A stretch of DNA of 64,000 bases from Acidimicrobiia bacterium (GCA_036478235.1 JAZGDZ010000040.1:12841-76840); one strand, 5' to 3'; shown: positions 12,522-21,519, numbered from the stretch's first letter. Notes: generated by a model from the sequence alone, not told the origin. Made by a program: numbers and translations.

Positions 12522-13361
12522 CTATTTGGGTGGTCCGGCGGCGACTCGATCGAAGGCTTCGTCGTAACTGCCTCGTCCCCAGTCGATGAGTTCAACCCAC
12601 CAGGTCGCACCCGCCTGCCTGTAACTCTCGACCTTTTCTCCGTCGTCGGGTTGGGATACGTCGGCCCAGGCAATGTCGTAGGGCTGGTCAGTGTCTCTCT
12701 CGGTCTCGATGGTTCCACGGAAGGAGGCCAGGTCATTGGGGGTCCATTCTTTACCCCAAGGATCAGAAGGACCGATCCAACCATCCCAGCGTGCTGCCCG
12801 GCGGAGGGCTGCGGGGCTGTCTCCGCCAACCCATATCGGAACCCGAGGCTTCTGCACGAGGTTGAGATCGACTGCTACCCCAGCCACCTCGTAATGAGTG
12901 CCTTTGTGGTTGACCTCATCGCCGGACCACAGTCGGGTCACGACATCCAAACTTTCGTCGAGCATTTCGCCGCGAACGCGTGGGTTGCCGGATTCGCCGA
13001 ACACCTCGAACTCGTCGGCAAAGAAACCGATGCCGACTCCCAACGTCATCCTGCCCTCCGAAAGAACATCGAGACTCGACACGGTGGTTGCGAGAGTCTG
13101 CGGTTTGTAGCGAGGAACGATCGCTACGCACGTACCGATCCTGATGGTCTTCGTGGCAGCAGAGACCGCACTCAGAACGACCCAAGGGTCATAGACCGAC
13201 GGAACGCCGTCCCGCCAGAAAAACAAAGAGTCCCACGTGAAAAAGCCGTCCCAGCCGGTTTCCTCAGCGGTCCGCGCTAGGGAAGCAGCGTCGCGTGGAT
13301 GACCAAACCTCTCGGTGTTCGGACAACAAACAGCGAACTTCAATCGCGGTGCGTCAGACAT
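12522..13361 (-). CDS. LLM-class F420-dependent oxidoreductase (luciferase-like monooxygenase family)
   Basis: TIM-barrel LLM motifs (MSDAPRLKFAVCCP..., GIGFFADEFEVFG). The window also carries fbiA/cofE. Start taken at ATG 13361. Confidence 0.75.
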   Translation of the reverse strand: MSDAPRLKFAVCCPNTERFGHPRDAASLARTAEETGWDGFFTWDSLFFWRDGVPSVYDPWVVLSAVSAATKTIRIGTCVAIVPRYKPQTLATTVSSLDVLSEGRMTLGVGIGFFADEFEVFGESGNPRVRGEMLDESLDVVTRLWSGDEVNHKGTHYEVAGVAVDLNLVQKPRVPIWVGGDSPAALRRAARWDGWIGPSDPWGKEWTPNDLASFRGTIETERDTDQPYDIAWADVSQPDDGEKVESYRQAGATWWVELIDWGRGSYDEAFDRVAAGPPK

Positions 13362-13668
13362 CGCCGTGCCAATCTTATCCCCCGCCAGACACCCGATCGG
13401 GCTCGCCATGTGCCAGGAAGACAACCCTTCTCCGCGTCGGGCGTGACCCTTCTCCGCGACAGCCAACGCCTCGCGATGCTGCTCCACTACGAAGAACTAG
13501 CACGAGCCGCCAGATAGGAGGGAAGCAACCCGGAACCCGTAGCGTGACCGACCCGTTCGAGACCGAGCAGGCTCGAACGGGGTCGGACCCCCCAACCAAT
13601 CGAGCTCCGCTCGATTGACTCCCCTCGAGCGGTTCGAGACCGGGTAGGACTCGAACCCGCGAGATGAG

Positions 13669-13742
13669 TCGGGCTGGCCGGATTTGAACCGGCGACCCCC
13701 TGCTCCCAAAGCAGGTGCGCTGCCAAGCTGCGCCACAGCCCG
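13669..13742 (-). tRNA. tRNA-Pro (TGG)
   Basis: Reverse complement CGGGCTGTGGCGCAGCTTGGCAGCGCACCTGCTTTGGGAGCAGGGGGTCGCCGGTTCAAATCCGGCCAGCCCGA. Confidence 0.8.
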
Positions 13743-13764
13743 TTGAACGGCATTGTGCCAGCCA

Positions 13765-13835
13765 CTCGTGCGGGCGGTGGGATTCGAACCTTCTCCGCGC
13801 CACCGGCGAGCCGCGATGCTCGCTCCCTCAAGAGA
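13765..13835 (-). pseudogene. Degenerate duplicate of the tRNA-Leu 3' half (T-arm and acceptor 3' strand) fused to a shared GGAGCGAGCATCGCGG...CGCGGAGAAGG module
   Basis: Reverse complement ...GGGAGCGAGCATCGCGGCTCGCCGGTGGCGCGGAGAAGGTTCGAATCCCACCGCCCGCACGAG. The last 24 nt equal the 3' end of tRNA-Leu at 13937-13960. No 5' half. Confidence 0.6.
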
Positions 13836-13936
13836 GTGAGGACGAGAGTAGCTGGGGATGAGGGGAGTGGGGCGTTGTGGCGAGGGGAGCTTCGAGGCCG
13901 AGCAGGACTCGAAGTTCTCCGACCTCGTATGCGTCC

Positions 13937-14025
13937 TGGTGCGGGCGGTGGGATTCGAACCCACAGCGGGTCTGAGACCCACCGGATCCTAAGTCCGGCG
14001 CCTATGCCGGTTCGGCTACGCCCGC
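13937..14025 (-). tRNA. tRNA-Leu (TAG), class II with a long variable arm, CCA encoded
   Basis: Reverse complement GCGGGCGTAGCCGAACCGGCATAGGCGCCGGACTTAGGATCCGGTGGGTCTCAGACCCGCTGTGGGTTCGAATCCCACCGCCCGCACCA. Confidence 0.85.
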
Positions 14026-14084
14026 GCAGATCCCAGGGTATCGGCAGACGATCTCACCGTTTGCCAAAACGCTATTCTCGCCGC

Positions 14085-14157
14085 GGGTCGCTAGCTCAAC
14101 CTGGCAGAGCAACGGACTCTTAATCCGCAGGTTCGGGGTTCGAATCCCCGGCGACCC
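14085..14157 (+). tRNA. tRNA-Lys (CTT)
   Basis: GGGTCGCTAGCTCAACCTGGCAGAGCAACGGACTCTTAATCCGCAGGTTCGGGGTTCGAATCCCCGGCGACCCA. Confidence 0.8.
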
Positions 14158-14264
14158 ACCGGCTCGCGAACGAATCCCGCGGCACATCGCCGCCGACTGG
14201 CGGCGACGCTTGCTCCCCACCAATCGACGAGAACCTCATCCCCCGCGGCTCGCATCGGCGCCTC

Positions 14265-14331
14265 CGGACGGAGCGAGCATCGCGGATCGCGAGAACGCGG
14301 AGAAGGTTCGAATCCCCGGCGACCCACCGGC
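14265..14331 (+). pseudogene. Duplicate of the tRNA-Lys 3' half preceded by the same GGAGCGAGCATCGCGG...CGCGGAGAAGG module
   Basis: cggagcgagcatcgcggatcgcgagaacgcggagaaggttcgaatccccggcgacccaccggctcgcgaacgaat. About 65 nt are repeated directly from 14130-14198. Confidence 0.6.
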
Positions 14332-14363
14332 TCGCGAACGAATTCCGCGGCACATCGCCGCCG

Positions 14364-14389
14364 ACTGGAGACTGAGGACTGGTGACTCT
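14364..14389. repeat. Heptamer tandem repeat GACTGGA GACTGAG GACTGGT GACTC
   Basis: Direct reading. Adjacent to the USP gene stop. Confidence 0.8.
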
Positions 14390-14400
14390 TGCGGCCAGTC

Positions 14401-14844
14401 TTACGGCACGACCATCAGCGCACAGGGGGCGTGGTGGGCCAACCGATCGGCCACGCTACCGAGCACGAGGCGCTCGACCAAGCCGGCGCCGCGCCGACCG
14501 ACGACGAGCAGGCCTGCGCCCACCTGTTCGCAATAGGCCGACAGGGCGCTCGCCGGATCGCCGATCTCCTCGGTGACGACAACGTCGAGCCCCTCGGTGT
14601 CGATGGCGCTCATGGTCGTGTCGAGCACCGAGCGCTGGGCCCGCTCCATGGAAGCCGACAACGCATCAGCCGGCGGAGGGGATCCCACGACGCCCCACCA
14701 TCCCTCCGGAGGGCGGACCACGGTGATCACGTCGAGCTTCGATCCGTGCAGCCTCGCCATTCCGGCGGCGACCCGGGCGGCCCTGATGCTCTGCTCGGAC
14801 CCATCGACGCCGACGACGATTCGAACCGGATCCCAAACGGTCAT
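14401..14844 (-). CDS. Universal stress protein (UspA family)
   Basis: 147 aa. VRIVVGVDGSEQS ... GSVADRLAHHAPCALMVV is the USP fold signature. Confidence 0.85.
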   Translation of the reverse strand: MTVWDPVRIVVGVDGSEQSIRAARVAAGMARLHGSKLDVITVVRPPEGWWGVVGSPPPADALSASMERAQRSVLDTTMSAIDTEGLDVVVTEEIGDPASALSAYCEQVGAGLLVVGRRGAGLVERLVLGSVADRLAHHAPCALMVVP

Positions 14845-14895
14845 AAGGGACCTCCCCGTCTGTATCTCCAGGATACGCTCGGGGTGCCGCCACGG

Positions 14896-15495
14896 CTAGG
14901 GCAGATGGTCCTCCGAGAGCGCGGTGAGCGCCGCGGCCAGGGCCTCGAAGGCCCTCCTGCGATGGCTCATCTGATTCTTTCCTGTACCGCTGATATCGGC
15001 AAGCGTGTGCTCGTCGTCCACTTCGAAGACGGAGTCGTACCCGAAACCGCGCTCGCCGTGTTCGGCCAGGGCAATCCGCCCCTCGAGCACCCCCTGCACC
15101 ACGAGGCTGAAACCCGCGGGGGTGACGATGGCCACCGCGGTGCGAAAGCGGGCGGAGCGATCATCGACTTCGTCGAGCGCCCGCAGCAATGCGGACCGGT
15201 TCTCCGCATAGGTGGCGTCGGGCCCGGCAAATCGGGCCGTGTGGACACCAGGAGCCCCTTCCAGGGCGTCCACCTCCAGACCGGTGTCGTCGGCGATGGC
15301 GGGATAGCCGGTGGCCTCCATCACAGCCCGAGCCTTCAGGAGGGCGTTCTCCTCCAACGTTGCACCCGTCTCCTCTACATCGGGCCAGACGACGCCCTTC
15401 ACGATCGTGATGCCCGGCAAGACCTCGCCGAGAACGGCTTCCATCTCGACCACCTTGTCCGGATTCTTGGTGGCGATGACGACGTCGGCGATCAC
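14896..15495 (-). CDS. rdgB: Non-canonical purine NTP pyrophosphatase (dITP/XTP pyrophosphatase, Ham1/RdgB)
   Basis: [10 protein letters not shown]...FGYDSVF are Ham1 motifs. ATGA overlap with rph. Confidence 0.9.
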   Translation of the reverse strand: MIADVVIATKNPDKVVEMEAVLGEVLPGITIVKGVVWPDVEETGATLEENALLKARAVMEATGYPAIADDTGLEVDALEGAPGVHTARFAGPDATYAENRSALLRALDEVDDRSARFRTAVAIVTPAGFSLVVQGVLEGRIALAEHGERGFGYDSVFEVDDEHTLADISGTGKNQMSHRRRAFEALAAALTALSEDHLP

Positions 15496-16190
15496 GCCAG
15501 GGCGGCCTTCTGGTACCCGACCAACTGCTCGATGCCGGAAGCGGCCAGATCGAGCAGCGCGGCGAGATCGGCGCGGCTGAACGGCTCCCCCTCCGCGGTT
15601 CCCTGGATCTCGACGAGTCCCCCCGAGCCGGTCATGACGACATTCATGTCCACCTCCGCGCCGGCATCCTGTTCGTACGCCAGGTCCAGGCAGGGCTCGC
15701 CGGCGACTATCCCCACGCTGACCGCGGCCAGGTGATCGCGCATGGGATCAGCAGCAATCATCCCCTCGGCGAGACCGTGATTGAAGGCGTCGCGCAGCGC
15801 CACCCACGCTCCGGTTATCGCCGCGGTCCGGGTGCCGCCGTCCGCCTGGAGGACATCGCAATCAAGCCTGACGGTCGTCTCTCCCATCGCCTCAAAGTCC
15901 ACAACTGCTCGAAGAGACCGGCCGATCAAGCGCTGAATCTCCTTCGTGCGGCCGCCGCTGATGGCGCCCCGGGGGACCCGCTCCGGGCTCGAACCCGGCA
16001 GCATCGAGTATTCGGCCGTGACCCAGCCCCGACCCTGATCGCGCAGCCAACGCGGGACTTCTTCGGTGATCGATGCGGTGCACAGCACCCTGGTACGGCC
16101 CACATCGATGAGGACCGATCCGGGCGTCATCTCGGTGTAGCCGCGGCTGATGTGAACCGGCCGCAACTCGTCTCGGCCTCGCTCGCTCAC
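15492..16190 (-). CDS. rph: Ribonuclease PH
   Basis: RNase PH motifs ([17 protein letters not shown]...[14 protein letters not shown]). GTG start overlapping the MBL stop (GTGA). Confidence 0.9.
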   Translation of the reverse strand: MSERGRDELRPVHISRGYTEMTPGSVLIDVGRTRVLCTASITEEVPRWLRDQGRGWVTAEYSMLPGSSPERVPRGAISGGRTKEIQRLIGRSLRAVVDFEAMGETTVRLDCDVLQADGGTRTAAITGAWVALRDAFNHGLAEGMIAADPMRDHLAAVSVGIVAGEPCLDLAYEQDAGAEVDMNVVMTGSGGLVEIQGTAEGEPFSRADLAALLDLAASGIEQLVGYQKAALA

Positions 16191-16927
16191 ACCTCGACCT
16201 CCATCCCCGGAATCGCATGCACCACCGGCCCTTCGAATCGACCGGCCGCCTCGGCCACCGAGACGCTCGGATCAAGAGTAGGGGCCACGTGCGTCACGAT
16301 CAGACGGCCGACGCCGGCACGCGCCGCCAACTCCCCCGCCTCCACCGCGTGGAGGTGAAATGGGAATCTGTCAGGCGGAGGCTCACCCTGGTGGGTCGCC
16401 TCGCACAGCAGGACATCGGCGTCGCCCGCCAGCGTGGCGAGGTCCCCGCCGGGACCGGTGTCGCCGCTGTAGACGAGCGCCTTGGTCCCGTCGGTGACGG
16501 CGACGCAGACCGCAGGAACGGGATGGGCCGCGGCTCCAAAGGTCAAAACCAGATCGCCGAATCGGATCGAATTCCCCGGGGCGACGACCTCGGGGGCGAA
16601 CACCTCGAAAAAGGCATGGTCCGGTCCCGCCCCGATGAAGGAGGCAAGACACTCGACTACACCCCTCGGTGCCAGCAGCGGGATCCGGCGCACATCGGGG
16701 CGGTCGAATCGCAGGTGATTGAAGAGCGGCAACAGGTCCAGGCAGTGGTCGCCGTGCCGGTGGCTCAGGACGATCGCATCCGGCGTCACCCCGCGCTCCA
16801 GCAGAACGGGGAAGGTTCCCGGACCCAGGTCGAGCACCAAGTCGACATCGGCCCGCACGAGATAACCCGATGCGGGCCGGCCTGCTGTTGGATAAGTCCC
16901 GCTCGAGCCGAGAACCGTCAGACGCAC
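16187..16927 (-). CDS. MBL-fold metallo-hydrolase
   Basis: HxHxDH motif ([10 protein letters not shown]). Conserved partner of rph/rdgB in actinobacteria. GTG start assumed 3 nt after the permease stop. Confidence 0.7.
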   Translation of the reverse strand: MRLTVLGSSGTYPTAGRPASGYLVRADVDLVLDLGPGTFPVLLERGVTPDAIVLSHRHGDHCLDLLPLFNHLRFDRPDVRRIPLLAPRGVVECLASFIGAGPDHAFFEVFAPEVVAPGNSIRFGDLVLTFGAAAHPVPAVCVAVTDGTKALVYSGDTGPGGDLATLAGDADVLLCEATHQGEPPPDRFPFHLHAVEAGELAARAGVGRLIVTHVAPTLDPSVSVAEAAGRFEGPVVHAIPGMEVEV

Positions 16928-16929
16928 GG

Positions 16930-17700
16930 CTACGAGATGACCTTGCGAAATGCAGCGGTGGCTGCAGTGAAGGTGACGACGGCCAGCCCGGCGGTGACGC
17001 CTAGAGCCTTGCCGATGGCGCCCCAGTCCCACCCCACATTCACCAGTGCCCGAACCGCCTCGACGATGTAGGTGATCGGGTTGAACGTCGCCACCGTGTC
17101 CAGCCAGCCGGGGAGAAGGCTGCTGGGCATGAACGAGGTCGAGAGGAACAGCACGGGGAAGGTGATGAGAATGCCGATCATCATCGTGACCTCGCCGTTG
17201 CCAGTGAGAAGGGCAATCACGTTCGACAGCCCGGCCCAGGCGATTCCGAAGAACACCGCAAGCACGATCATCATGGCGACTCCGAGGACCCCGGTCTCGA
17301 ACCTGGCCCCCATTGCCAACGACACTCCGACGATGATCGTCGCTTGCAGGGCCATGCGGGTCGCATCGGCCATGACCTTCCCGAGGAGGATGCTCGAGCG
17401 GCGGATAGGAGCGATGAGGAACTTGTCGAGCAGTCCGTCCTCTATGTCCGTCACCATCCCGATCCCGGACTGGAAGGCCGAGTTGAGCGCGGTGAGAGCG
17501 ATGATGCTGGGCACGAGGAACTGCAGATACGAGTCGTAGGCAAATCCGGGCAGCTGGTCGAGCCGAGCGAATACCTGGCTGAACAGAAAGAGGAAGAGCA
17601 GCGGCTGGAACAGCGCGAAGAAGAGCAGGAGCCTCACCCGCACGATCTTCTTGAGCAGCCGACCCCACAGCACCGTGGACTCCTGCAGTGTCCTGATCAT
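16930..17700 (-). CDS. ABC-2 family transporter permease
   Basis: 256 aa with 6 TM segments, ABC-2 type. ATGA overlap with the upstream ATPase. Confidence 0.8.
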   Translation of the reverse strand: MIRTLQESTVLWGRLLKKIVRVRLLLFFALFQPLLFLFLFSQVFARLDQLPGFAYDSYLQFLVPSIIALTALNSAFQSGIGMVTDIEDGLLDKFLIAPIRRSSILLGKVMADATRMALQATIIVGVSLAMGARFETGVLGVAMMIVLAVFFGIAWAGLSNVIALLTGNGEVTMMIGILITFPVLFLSTSFMPSSLLPGWLDTVATFNPITYIVEAVRALVNVGWDWGAIGKALGVTAGLAVVTFTAATAAFRKVIS

Positions 17701-18693
17701 CGGCGGCTGAATCCCGGCATTCGGCTGCGCTGCTTGACCTCTTCCACCCGCATCTTCGCCCCCGTGTGGCGCAGGAACACGTCGTCGAGCGTCGGCTCGG
17801 AGACTTCCAGGCGGGCCACCGAGATCCCCTCACCGTCGAGGGCACGCACGACGTCGGCGAGACGCCCGGCCGCGTCGTGGGTGAACACCCGGACGGCGTG
17901 ATCGTAGGTCCGGGCGGTCCCGGCATCCGAAAAGCGGCTCAACAACCCCGAAATCCGCTCCACATCGCCCGGAGGGGTCTCGGCGCCGAGCGTCACGGTT
18001 ATGGCGTCGCCACCGAGGTCGTCTTTCAAGGCAGTCGGAGTCCCCTCGACTGCGATCTTGCCGTTGTCGATTATCGCCAGCCGGCGCGCCAGTGTGTCGG
18101 CCTCCTCCAGGTACTGGGTGGTGAGAAAGATCGTGACCCCGCGGTCGTTGAGCTCCCGTAGATAGGCCCAGAGCGCCCGGCGATTCTGTGGATCGAGCCC
18201 GATTGTCGGCTCGTCGAGGAACAGCACCCGCGGATCATGGGCCAGAGCCTGGCCGAGGTCGAGTCGACGGCGCATCCCCCCGCTGAAGGTCCCCGCGCGG
18301 CGATCTGCGGCGTCCGTGAGCTGGAGGATCTCGAGCAACTCATCACCTCGAGCCTTCGCCTGGGCCTTGGAGAGGCCGTGCAGCCGTCCCTGGAGAACCA
18401 GGTTCTCGCGGCCCGTCAGGTCGTCGTCGACACCGATGAACTGGGCCGCGTACCCGACCCGCTTGCGCACCTCCTCGGGGTCCTCGGCCACGTCGATGCC
18501 GTCCACCCGAGCCGTTCCCGACGTCGGGGTGAGGAGGGTCACGAGAATCCTGATCGTGGTCGTCTTTCCGGCCCCGTTGGGTCCGAGGAATCCGAAGATC
18601 TCCCCCTCGTCCACACCGAACGTGATGTCGTCGACCGCTCGGATATCCCCGGGATAAACCTTGACGAGGTCGATGACCTCGATGAGAGCCATG
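17697..18693 (-). CDS. ABC transporter ATP-binding protein (DrrA-like)
   Basis: Walker A GPNGAGKTTT, signature FSGGMRRRLDLG, Walker B VLFLDEPT. Start at ATG 18693 (MALIEVIDLVKVY). The longer ORF-track N-terminus is an artefact. Confidence 0.85.
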
Positions 18694-18915
18694 AGCAACG
18701 AGGTTAACCCGCGGCGAGGCGGGCGCCGACGCCGGCTTGATCGCGAGCAAGGCCACAACCGACCGCTGGGTCGAGCGGCGCCACTCCGCGGATTGGCGAG
18801 GATGGTCCCGAGGAGGCCGATCCACGGCAGGCCGTGACCGAGAGCGCGAGGATTGCGACGAACAGCCGCATCGGTTCGACGGTTCAGGTTTCCCGATGCA
18901 CACTTGACGCCCGCA

Positions 18916-20901
18916 ATGAGGAGAGCAGTGACGACCGACCCGACCCGGCCCCACCAGCAGGTCGCCGGACACGAGTGGTTCCGGGTCGATCCCGGTGACC
19001 TCGAGATCGGGGAGGTAACCACGGTCATAGCCGCCCAGCGAGCCGTCGCCATCACCCGGACCGAGGCCGGCTACGGAGCGCTCGACAACCGCTGCCCGCA
19101 CCAGGGCGGTCCGTTGGGTGACGGCCAGATCGAGGGGACCTGCCTGATCTGCCCCTGGCACGGCTACGAGTACGACCCGCTCACCGGCCGGCCCCCGGAC
19201 GACTACTCGGACGCCGCCACCCCCTATGACATCGAGGAGCGCGACGACGGGCTCTACGTGCGGCTCCCGGTGGTCGAGCGGATGCCGACCGTGATGGATC
19301 AGATGGTCGACACGATGACCGAATGGGGGGTGGACTCCGTGTTCGGCATGGTCGGGCACAGCAATCTCGGTCTCGCCGATGCATTGCGCTTGGCGCAGGA
19401 AGACGGCCGCCTCGAGTACTTCGGAATCCGCCACGAGGGGGCGGCAGCATTCGCAGCCAGCGCATACGGGAAACTCACCGGGAGACCGGCCGCCTGCTTC
19501 TCGATCGCCGGACCGGGTGCCACCAACCTCCTCACCGGCCTCTGGGACGCCAAGGTCGATCGCGCCCCCGTACTCGCCCTCACCGGCCAGGTGGACACCC
19601 AGGTGCTCGGCCCGGGTGCCTTCCAAGAGCTACCGCTCGCCGAGGCCTTTGCCGCCGTCGCCGAGTGGAGTCAGACGGTGCTGCGCCCCGAGAACGCCAC
19701 CGAGTTGATGGCGCTCGCCCTGAAGCACGCCATCGTCAATCGCGATGTCGCCCATCTGATCTTCCCCGATGAAGTGCAGAATCTGCCGGGACTAGCCGAT
19801 CCTCCGAGGCGACCGATGGAGGGCCGGCTGGCGACTACCCGGATCGCTCCCCCGCGCCATGAGCTCGAGGCCGCTGTCCGGCTGCTCGAAAGGGCAGAGC
19901 GCCCGGCAATCATCGCCGGCAACGGCGCACGCCAACACCGGGAGGCGGTCATCGCCCTGGCGGAGCACCTGGACGCCCCGATAATCACCACCTTCAAGGC
20001 CAAGGGCCTCGTGGCGGACAGCCACCCCTTGGCGGCGAGCGTCCTGGGACGCTCCGGGACCCCGGTCGGTTCCGCCGTGATGGGGCGAAGCGACGCATTG
20101 CTGGTGCTGGGGGCGTCGTTCTCCGATCACACCGGGATCTCTCGCAACAAGCCGACCATCCAGGTGGACTTCGATCGGATGACGCTCGGCAAGTTCCATC
20201 CGGTCGACATCCCCCTGTGGGGCGAGATCGAAAGAACCGTCGCCGAGCTGATGGCCGCCGTCCCCGGGGTCGACCGACCCGACGTCAGGAGAGATCTTGC
20301 GGCGCGGTGGGAGAGGTGGCGGAAAGAGAAGCGACGTCGTGCCGGTCTGACCGATGAGCGGGGCCGCCTCCATCCCGCAGCCGTGTTCGACGTGATGAGC
20401 GAGGTGGTACCGGGCGATGCAATCCTCCCGGTCGACGTCGGCAACAACACCTATGCCTTCGGCCACTACTTCGAGAGCGGGCCGGACCAGGACGTTCTCA
20501 TGTCGGGGTACCTCGGATCGATCGGGTTCGCCCTTCCGGCGGCGATCGGCGCCTGGGCCGCCACCCGAGGCAGCCGGCCGATCGTCTCGATCTCCGGCGA
20601 CGGCGGGTTGGGGCAGTATCTCGCCGAGATCACCACCCTCGTCAAGTACGACATGGACGTGACCCACGTCGTGCTCAACAACTCGGAGCTCGGCAAGATC
20701 AGCCGCGAGCAGGTGTCGGCGATCCGCCCGGTGTGGCAGACATCCCTCGTCAACCCCGACTTCGCCGCATTTGCACGGTCTGCCGGGGCGATGGGACATC
20801 GGGCCGAAACCGCCGAGAAATTTCGGTCGGCACTCGAGGAATCCCTGGCCCACCGGGGCCCGGCACTGGTCGAGGTGGTCACCTCGCCCATGGAGGTCTG
20901 A
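18916..20901 (+). CDS. Rieske [2Fe-2S] domain fused to a thiamine-diphosphate enzyme (pyruvate oxidase/acetolactate synthase-like)
   Basis: N-terminus has CPHQGGPLGDGQIEGTCLICPWHGYEY (CxH...CxxH Rieske). Then a TPP PYR domain (GIRHEGAAAFAASAYGKLTG...AGPGATNLLTGLWDAKVDRAPVLALTGQ), a middle domain, and a PP domain with GDGG...NNSELG. Confidence 0.8.
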   Translation: MRRAVTTDPTRPHQQVAGHEWFRVDPGDLEIGEVTTVIAAQRAVAITRTEAGYGALDNRCPHQGGPLGDGQIEGTCLICPWHGYEYDPLTGRPPDDYSDAATPYDIEERDDGLYVRLPVVERMPTVMDQMVDTMTEWGVDSVFGMVGHSNLGLADALRLAQEDGRLEYFGIRHEGAAAFAASAYGKLTGRPAACFSIAGPGATNLLTGLWDAKVDRAPVLALTGQVDTQVLGPGAFQELPLAEAFAAVAEWSQTVLRPENATELMALALKHAIVNRDVAHLIFPDEVQNLPGLADPPRRPMEGRLATTRIAPPRHELEAAVRLLERAERPAIIAGNGARQHREAVIALAEHLDAPIITTFKAKGLVADSHPLAASVLGRSGTPVGSAVMGRSDALLVLGASFSDHTGISRNKPTIQVDFDRMTLGKFHPVDIPLWGEIERTVAELMAAVPGVDRPDVRRDLAARWERWRKEKRRRAGLTDERGRLHPAAVFDVMSEVVPGDAILPVDVGNNTYAFGHYFESGPDQDVLMSGYLGSIGFALPAAIGAWAATRGSRPIVSISGDGGLGQYLAEITTLVKYDMDVTHVVLNNSELGKISREQVSAIRPVWQTSLVNPDFAAFARSAGAMGHRAETAEKFRSALEESLAHRGPALVEVVTSPMEV

Positions 20902-20905
20902 CCCT

Positions 20906-20960
20906 CAGTCTTCCTCTTCCTGCTCTTCTTTTTCTTCTTCTTCCTCCTTTCTTCTTGTCG
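20906..20960. repeat. 55-nt polypyrimidine (CTT/CTC-rich) tract, locally low GC
   Basis: cagtcttcctcttcctgctcttctttttcttcttcttcctcctttcttcttgtcg, with only 3 purines. Confidence 0.9.
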
Positions 20961-21481
20961 CTCAGGGACCCGAGAAGGACGCCCTGCTCGACGACGTCGA
21001 GCTGGTCGAGCGGGCCGTCGATCGCGTCATCTCCGATGCGCGTTCCCGCGGGTCCGACGCACCCCGCAGCGCCGATCTGAGGGCCATTGCCCGCGAGCGC
21101 GCCGCTTTCTGGAGCGCGCTCGCCGTCGATCAGCAGCGCAGGCTGAAGATCGACGTGCCGACCTCAGTGCTGAACGTCCACGCCACGAAGGACGACATCG
21201 GTCGCGTCCTCGACACCCTCATGGAGAACGTCTTCGCCCACACCGAGCCCGGTACCGAGATCTCGATCACCGTCACCTCGACTGGAGTGCTCCTCATCGA
21301 GGACGGCGGTGCCGGATTCGAGCCATCGGCGGCGGAGCGCGGTGCGAGCGGAGGCGGCTCCACCGGGCTCGGCCTCGACATCGTGCAGCGCATCACCGAT
21401 CGCAATGGAGGGACGTTGACGATCGATGCCTCGTCGCTGGGCGGCGCCCGGGTCAGCGTCGCCTTCCGGACCCGCCCGTAG
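20954..21481 (+). pseudogene. Histidine-kinase remnant: HATPase_c domain with the tail of the dimerisation region, no sensor, no H-box and no usable start
   Basis: ...LDTLMENVFAHTEPGTEISITV...IEDGGAGFEP...GGGSTGLGLDIVQRITDRNGGTLTIDAS are the N/G1/G2 boxes. The in-frame region upstream is the polypyrimidine tract and the end of the TPP gene. First in-frame ATG/GTG lie inside the ATPase domain. Confidence 0.6.
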
Positions 21482-21519
21482 CCCGAGTGCGGGGCCCGCA
21501 AGGGGCCCCCGCCCGATGA

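Noticed and set aside
13497-13668. Additional tRNA gene(s) in the GTTCGAG/CTCGAAC-rich stretch downstream of tRNA-Pro
   Set aside because: There are several T-loop-like motifs and a 10-bp perfect hairpin (CCCGTTCGAG...CTCGAACGGG). I could not assemble a complete cloverleaf with acceptor stem and anticodon arm, so these are treated as degenerate tRNA-like fragments or hairpins.
13765-14360. Integrated prophage or genomic island at the tRNA-Leu/tRNA-Lys genes
   Set aside because: Only about 110-160 nt separate each tRNA from its duplicated 3' half. There is no integrase or cargo. I interpreted these as miniature element footprints or scars rather than an island.
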